A stretch of DNA of 64,000 bases from Felis catus (Eukaryota): NCBI RefSeq assembly GCF_018350175.1, contig NC_058383.1, positions 5,830,001 to 5,894,000 of the forward strand, given 5' to 3'. Under the pieces are notes generated by a model. It ran no database searches, had not been told where the DNA came from, and worked only from the letters and a program-made list of their open reading frames with translations. Positions within the stretch are counted from its first letter, which is position 1; every line of letters starts with the position of its first letter. Made by a program: the position numbers and the translations under genes. Shown here piece after piece: positions 59,483-64,000 of the stretch.

Positions 59483-61869
59483 ATTCAAGTATTTTATGTT
59501 AATTAAACCCTGTTCATGGCTCAGCCTGGAGAGAAGTAAGTGAAACATTGGTTCCTCGTCGGGCTGTCCAGAGCACTGTCCTGTGGGAAAGAAGTGGGGC
59601 CAGTTGGGCCTTGTCGGTCTGCACTAATCGCTGTGAGCCATCTCTGCCCTGCGGCACTCAGGTGGGACCCAGGCTCACGGCAGAGATCTCTTCTTATATG
59701 AACACACAGTCGGTTCCTATGAGCTTCCGATGAAAGTTACGTGCCAGGGCTTAGGGTGGCCGGGGAGCCTGGAGGCCTGGGCTCTAAGCGCACAGTGGGG
59801 CTTGGGAAGCATCGGCGAAGAACCCGGTGGGGACTCTGCCCTGTGCTTTCCAGCTCAGTGTCCTCCTCAGTGCCATGGGAACGATGCCCACAGCTACCTC
59901 CAAGGCTGCTGTAGGGATTAAGTGCCTACTTCCACAAACGCCAGCCATTGTCACCCACACTCCTTTGATGACTGCTAGGACAAGTTTGCAATTATCAGCA
60001 GTAGGGGGCGGGCCTTTGCTCCTCTTAGGCGCGTGGGGTGCTTTCTTCCCTCACCAGCTCCCGGAGGTGGGTTATCCAATCTGATCCCAGAAGGCTTGTT
60101 CTGGCTCTTGGCATTCAGCCCTCAGAGCCCACCACTATTACAATTCTTACTTTTTGCCTTCTCTTTACAGTAAACAACCAATTCACACCCTGAGAACTTA
60201 CAGATTGGTAGGATATAAATACATCAATTTGTTTTAAGCCGTTGGAGAGCAAAATGACATTTTTAGCACTCAGAAGGGCTGAATCATGGTCTGGAGGTAT
60301 GCAGTTGGATCAATTCCTTTGAGGGGTCAAGTGTAATTTTAGAGTAGAATTAGTATGATTCACGATGGAGCTGCTATACTTACAAAAAAAAAAAAAAATT
60401 CAGTTCCAAGCAAGGATTATCGTTCTTTTTACTTAAGCATTTTCTAAAAAGTTTAAGATGTGCTTTTGGAGGGAGGCGTTTATGACTCGTGAACAGTCTG
60501 AAATTGCCTCTTCCCACTGAGCACATCGTCGCTACAAACGGCTAAGTCACGGTCATGTGTCCAGATGACCTCTGTGTGATGGCCCAGGCCGGGCTAAGGT
60601 GACCCGCCCATTTCATATAACCCCCCAGGTTCCAATAAGTTCCTTTCATCATCCTGGCATTTCATAAAGGAATGGATTGGAAAAAGTCCAGTCGGGACAA
60701 ATGGACCTCATAGGAAGCACCGAAGGAGGGGCCCCCATGGAATATCTGAGGAACTTGAAAGCCACATGCGCCTTGTATAGCATTAGGAAGGAGGACAAGA
60801 ATTCACAAGTTGATCATCTCGGTCTCCTCCTCTATCTGATGAGGACCGTGGTGACCTGGATGCTTTTCTGATGGAGGTCTCAGGGGTAAACTGAGGAGAA
60901 GGTGCTGTGGGTGCCTGCCTCCACTGAGACTTCTGGCCTCTCTTCCTGTTTTTCTCTTCTGCTGCCCATAAGAGAGATTCATTTTGGAGTCTGAGGTCAC
61001 CTCTATCGACAAAGAATATGTTCAAAGAAAGCCCAGTGGAGTTCGGGCCGGGTGCCTCTCTCTTGGCTTGTGTTGGGGGAAGAAAAGTTTAGAATCAATA
61101 ACCAGAAATTTGAATTAGTTCAACTCTTTTTCAGAATAATCAGGAGTAGGATGGACGCGTCCTCCCCACTACCTAAGGCCCAGTCCTTACTCTTCCAATT
61201 CCAGCTCATCCTCTCCAGGCCTGTGCCTCCCAGGCCAGCTCCTGGGGACTCCGTGGGGTGAATCCTCACCCCGAGATCACACGCCCAGATGCAGCCATCT
61301 CCAAGTAATGGGTTAGCTAGCAGCACATTATTTCTGGATGATCTTCAAAATATTCTGCTCAGATTTATTTCAAGTGTGGATTTAGTTTCTGTCCTGTGGT
61401 GTTACCAGTTGGTAAGGATGTGTTCTGCCAAGGTAATTTGTTCTACCGTGGCCCAGGTGAGATGTAGCAAGGAAAGACATGAAATCTTCAATTTCAGGAA
61501 GGAAAGAGCATAAATTCTGAAGTGTAGCACCCGCCAGTGCGGGAAGGTCCCAGGGGAAGGCTGTGAAAGAATTCTATAAAGTTTTAATAGCTCAAGACCC
61601 AAGGTAGCAGAATTAAATGCAAGCTTGGGGACCAACTCTTTTCTTGATCGTATAAAATGTGGGGGAAATCTCTCTCAACTCAGGCAGCGCCTTGGGTGTT
61701 TGGGCGGAAAGCGGACACATCAGAATTTCGAAGCACGTGCGAGTTTTTTCCAATCTCATCAGGAGAGGTGGAGCCCCCTCCCGGACGTGCGGAACAGTGA
61801 GGTTAGCCTGGAGCTGCAGGACACAGGTATCTTTATCCCTCGTGACAGGTAACTCGGTAATGCACTGAA

Positions 61870-62110
61870 TACTGTGAGTCGTTTCAGAGAATTATCAAAT
61901 TCAAGGGTGTTGTGGAAATCCCCAAATTTGTAGCCAGTTGCTCAGAAGTGTGGGTGGCCTGGTGGTCCCTGAAGCGTGGCTGGTGTCTGAAATTCGGGTA
62001 GCCCTGGGGAGCCCTAGACTTACGGGGTTTGTGCTAACTCCCGGGGGCACAGAATTCTGGGGTAATCTGAACTGAACTGTAGTACAAAATTGTAGTACAC
62101 CCAGTTGGTT
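61870..62110 (+). mobile_element. MER21-like LTR 3' fragment
   Basis: GTGAGTCGTT..AGAATTATCAAA..CCCCAAATTTGTAGCCAGTTG.TCAGAAGTG..TGTGCTAACTCC..ACACCCAGTTGGT; resembles 1180-1365. Confidence 0.75.
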
Positions 62111-63229
62111 TTCCCTTCTCATTCAACGGGGAAAATATTCCCACACATACTCCTAAAAGGAATCAGGAGTCCCCAGATCCTTCTCTGTCACAGGAGGCTG
62201 GCGTGGCCAAGAGGCTTTTCTTTGGCACAACTGGTTCCCACACTGGGGACGAGCAGGCTTTAGCATGAAACCTTGGCCTGAAAAAGCCAGTTACCCGCTC
62301 CTTCTTATGTCCTCAGCTCGAGGTGCCCCAAAGCCACCACGCCATCCGTTCAGAAACAAACGCATAAATATACACAAAGACTACAGGTCCAGGTGCACAT
62401 GCCCAAATCACCTTTCCCAAGTGGCAGAGGAGCCCCGAGCGAGTGCGTGTCCTGGGGAGGACTCCGTCGTGACTCGGGGTGCCGTGTGGACACAGGCTGA
62501 GGGAAGTAAAGGCTCCCCCCACTTTCCTCGCATCGAAGCCTTCCCACAGCCCCACTGTTGGGAGGAGTTCCTGGCAGTGATCTATTTGTAGCGTCGCTAT
62601 TTAACCGGGTGACTTGCCTTGGCAGCCACTGAGATCTCGGATCTAACAGATTTGAAACTTAATCCCCGCAGCGCCAACAAAGCCCTGCTCTTTTCATGTG
62701 GCTAAAAACGTACGGCATCCAGACATGGCTCAGTTGTGCTGTCTACGTGGCATTTAAAACACCTCTGCCCACGTGGGGCATCCACATGAGCCAGGTTTCC
62801 TAGTAGGAGTGTGATCTTCAAAAACATAAAATAAAATAAGGCGTGGGGAAAAGGCTCAGAACTGGCTCTGGCAGCAGCATGCTTAGCTCACTGGAAGAGA
62901 GAGTGAAGCTCCCCCTTCCTCTCGTCAGTACGGCCCAGAATTGGGGGGAGAGGAAGCCGAGAGAGTGGGGTTGTGCAAATGGGCTGAAAGGGCTGCGTGC
63001 ACGTTTCAGGAGAGTTCTGTGGCCCCAGGGCTTGACACGTTCCGAAAGGGTTCTGCACGGTTTAAGGAAAGGATCCAAAGCCCTTTGAACACCTTCATCT
63101 CACTCTGTTTACACTGTTGGCTGGAAGAGAGCCAACATCCACATGGCTGGCCCCTGCTTCCGGCTTCCTCTCCTCTTTGCTTATTTTCTTCATGATGTAT
63201 CACAACATCTGTTTCCCTGATTATCATCC

Positions 63230-63340
63230 AAGATCGGAGCCCTGGGGAGGCAGGATCTGGTCCGTCTTCTCTCTGTCGCACCTCTGGACTCAGCATGTTG
63301 CCCGCACACAGTTGGAGCTGAATAAATGTTTCGTAAGGAA
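63230..63340 (+). mobile_element. L2 3' end fragment
   Basis: GAGGCAGGA..TGGTC..CAGCATG.TGCCCGCACACAGTTGG.GCT.AATAAATGTTT. Confidence 0.6.
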
Positions 63341-64000
63341 GCCTCCTAGCTGGCCTCCCTGCTTCTGGCCTCACCCGTTTCACCTGCCTACTCAGCCCAC
63401 CACCTGAGATGCTGCTCAGGTAACAGGTGACAGGGGGAGGGCGTTTACTTCCGGCCTGGCCTGCGTGAAGCCCCTGCCCTGGTGGTACAAGTCCCTAACC
63501 TGGCCAGGTCCTCTTATGCCCTCCTCAGCCTGGGTCTTCGAGGCATCCTCAGCCTCGCATGCCCGTGCCCTCCCCTTGCCTCTCAGTCTTCCTTCATCAC
63601 GCATTTGCTGTTTCCTTTTCAGCTCAGGCCCCACGGCACCGTGCACAAAAAGGGGCTTGGTGACTACTGAACAAAAACGTCAGACACCCCGTGTCACCAA
63701 GCTGGGCCTCACACCAAGCAAGTCTTCTCTTTTAAAGACTCACCGTGTATATAATGTGCCACCATAAGTTCTTTTTGTCAGTACTTGAATGGAGCTGCAG
63801 CCAGTTGGGGGAAAAAAAGTCTGTTTTTCATCTAGTGGAAAAAACAACCCAATATCAGGGAACTCAGCCATTTGCACATCCGGATCCTCTTACCACAAAC
63901 GGCTTAAGTGCCCAGACATGCCGCTGATCCCCTTCTAGATGGTTCTGGTGCCAGAGCCAAATGAAATTCCAGGCGGCAGGGGACAGAGCTCTCTGTGGCT

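Overview
Mammalian genomic DNA, almost certainly carnivore and most likely felid (cat), judged from about 29 Can-SINE/SINEC tRNA-derived SINEs, including young SINEC_Fc-like copies and a cat-type L1 3' end. I found no credible host protein-coding exon, RNA gene or prokaryotic-type system; the window looks like repeat-rich intergenic or deep-intronic DNA. It holds SINEs with target-site duplications (TSDs), L1 fragments of several ages, many MaLR/ERVL/ERV1 solo LTRs, L2/MIR relics, hAT relics (MER3, MER45A, MER5) and microsatellites. There is also a decayed ERVL-like gag-pro-pol relic at about 48.1-50.9 kb. Unique, AT-richer, motif-dense blocks that look like enhancers lie between the repeats. 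The best of these is at 59.2-59.5 kb and has a perfect estrogen-response-element palindrome plus FOX and TCF motifs. The supplied ORFs are nearly all chance or repeat-derived. Repeat family names are from visual recognition, not a database search, and old-repeat boundaries are approximate. I see no convincing new biological system, so the findings are modest.
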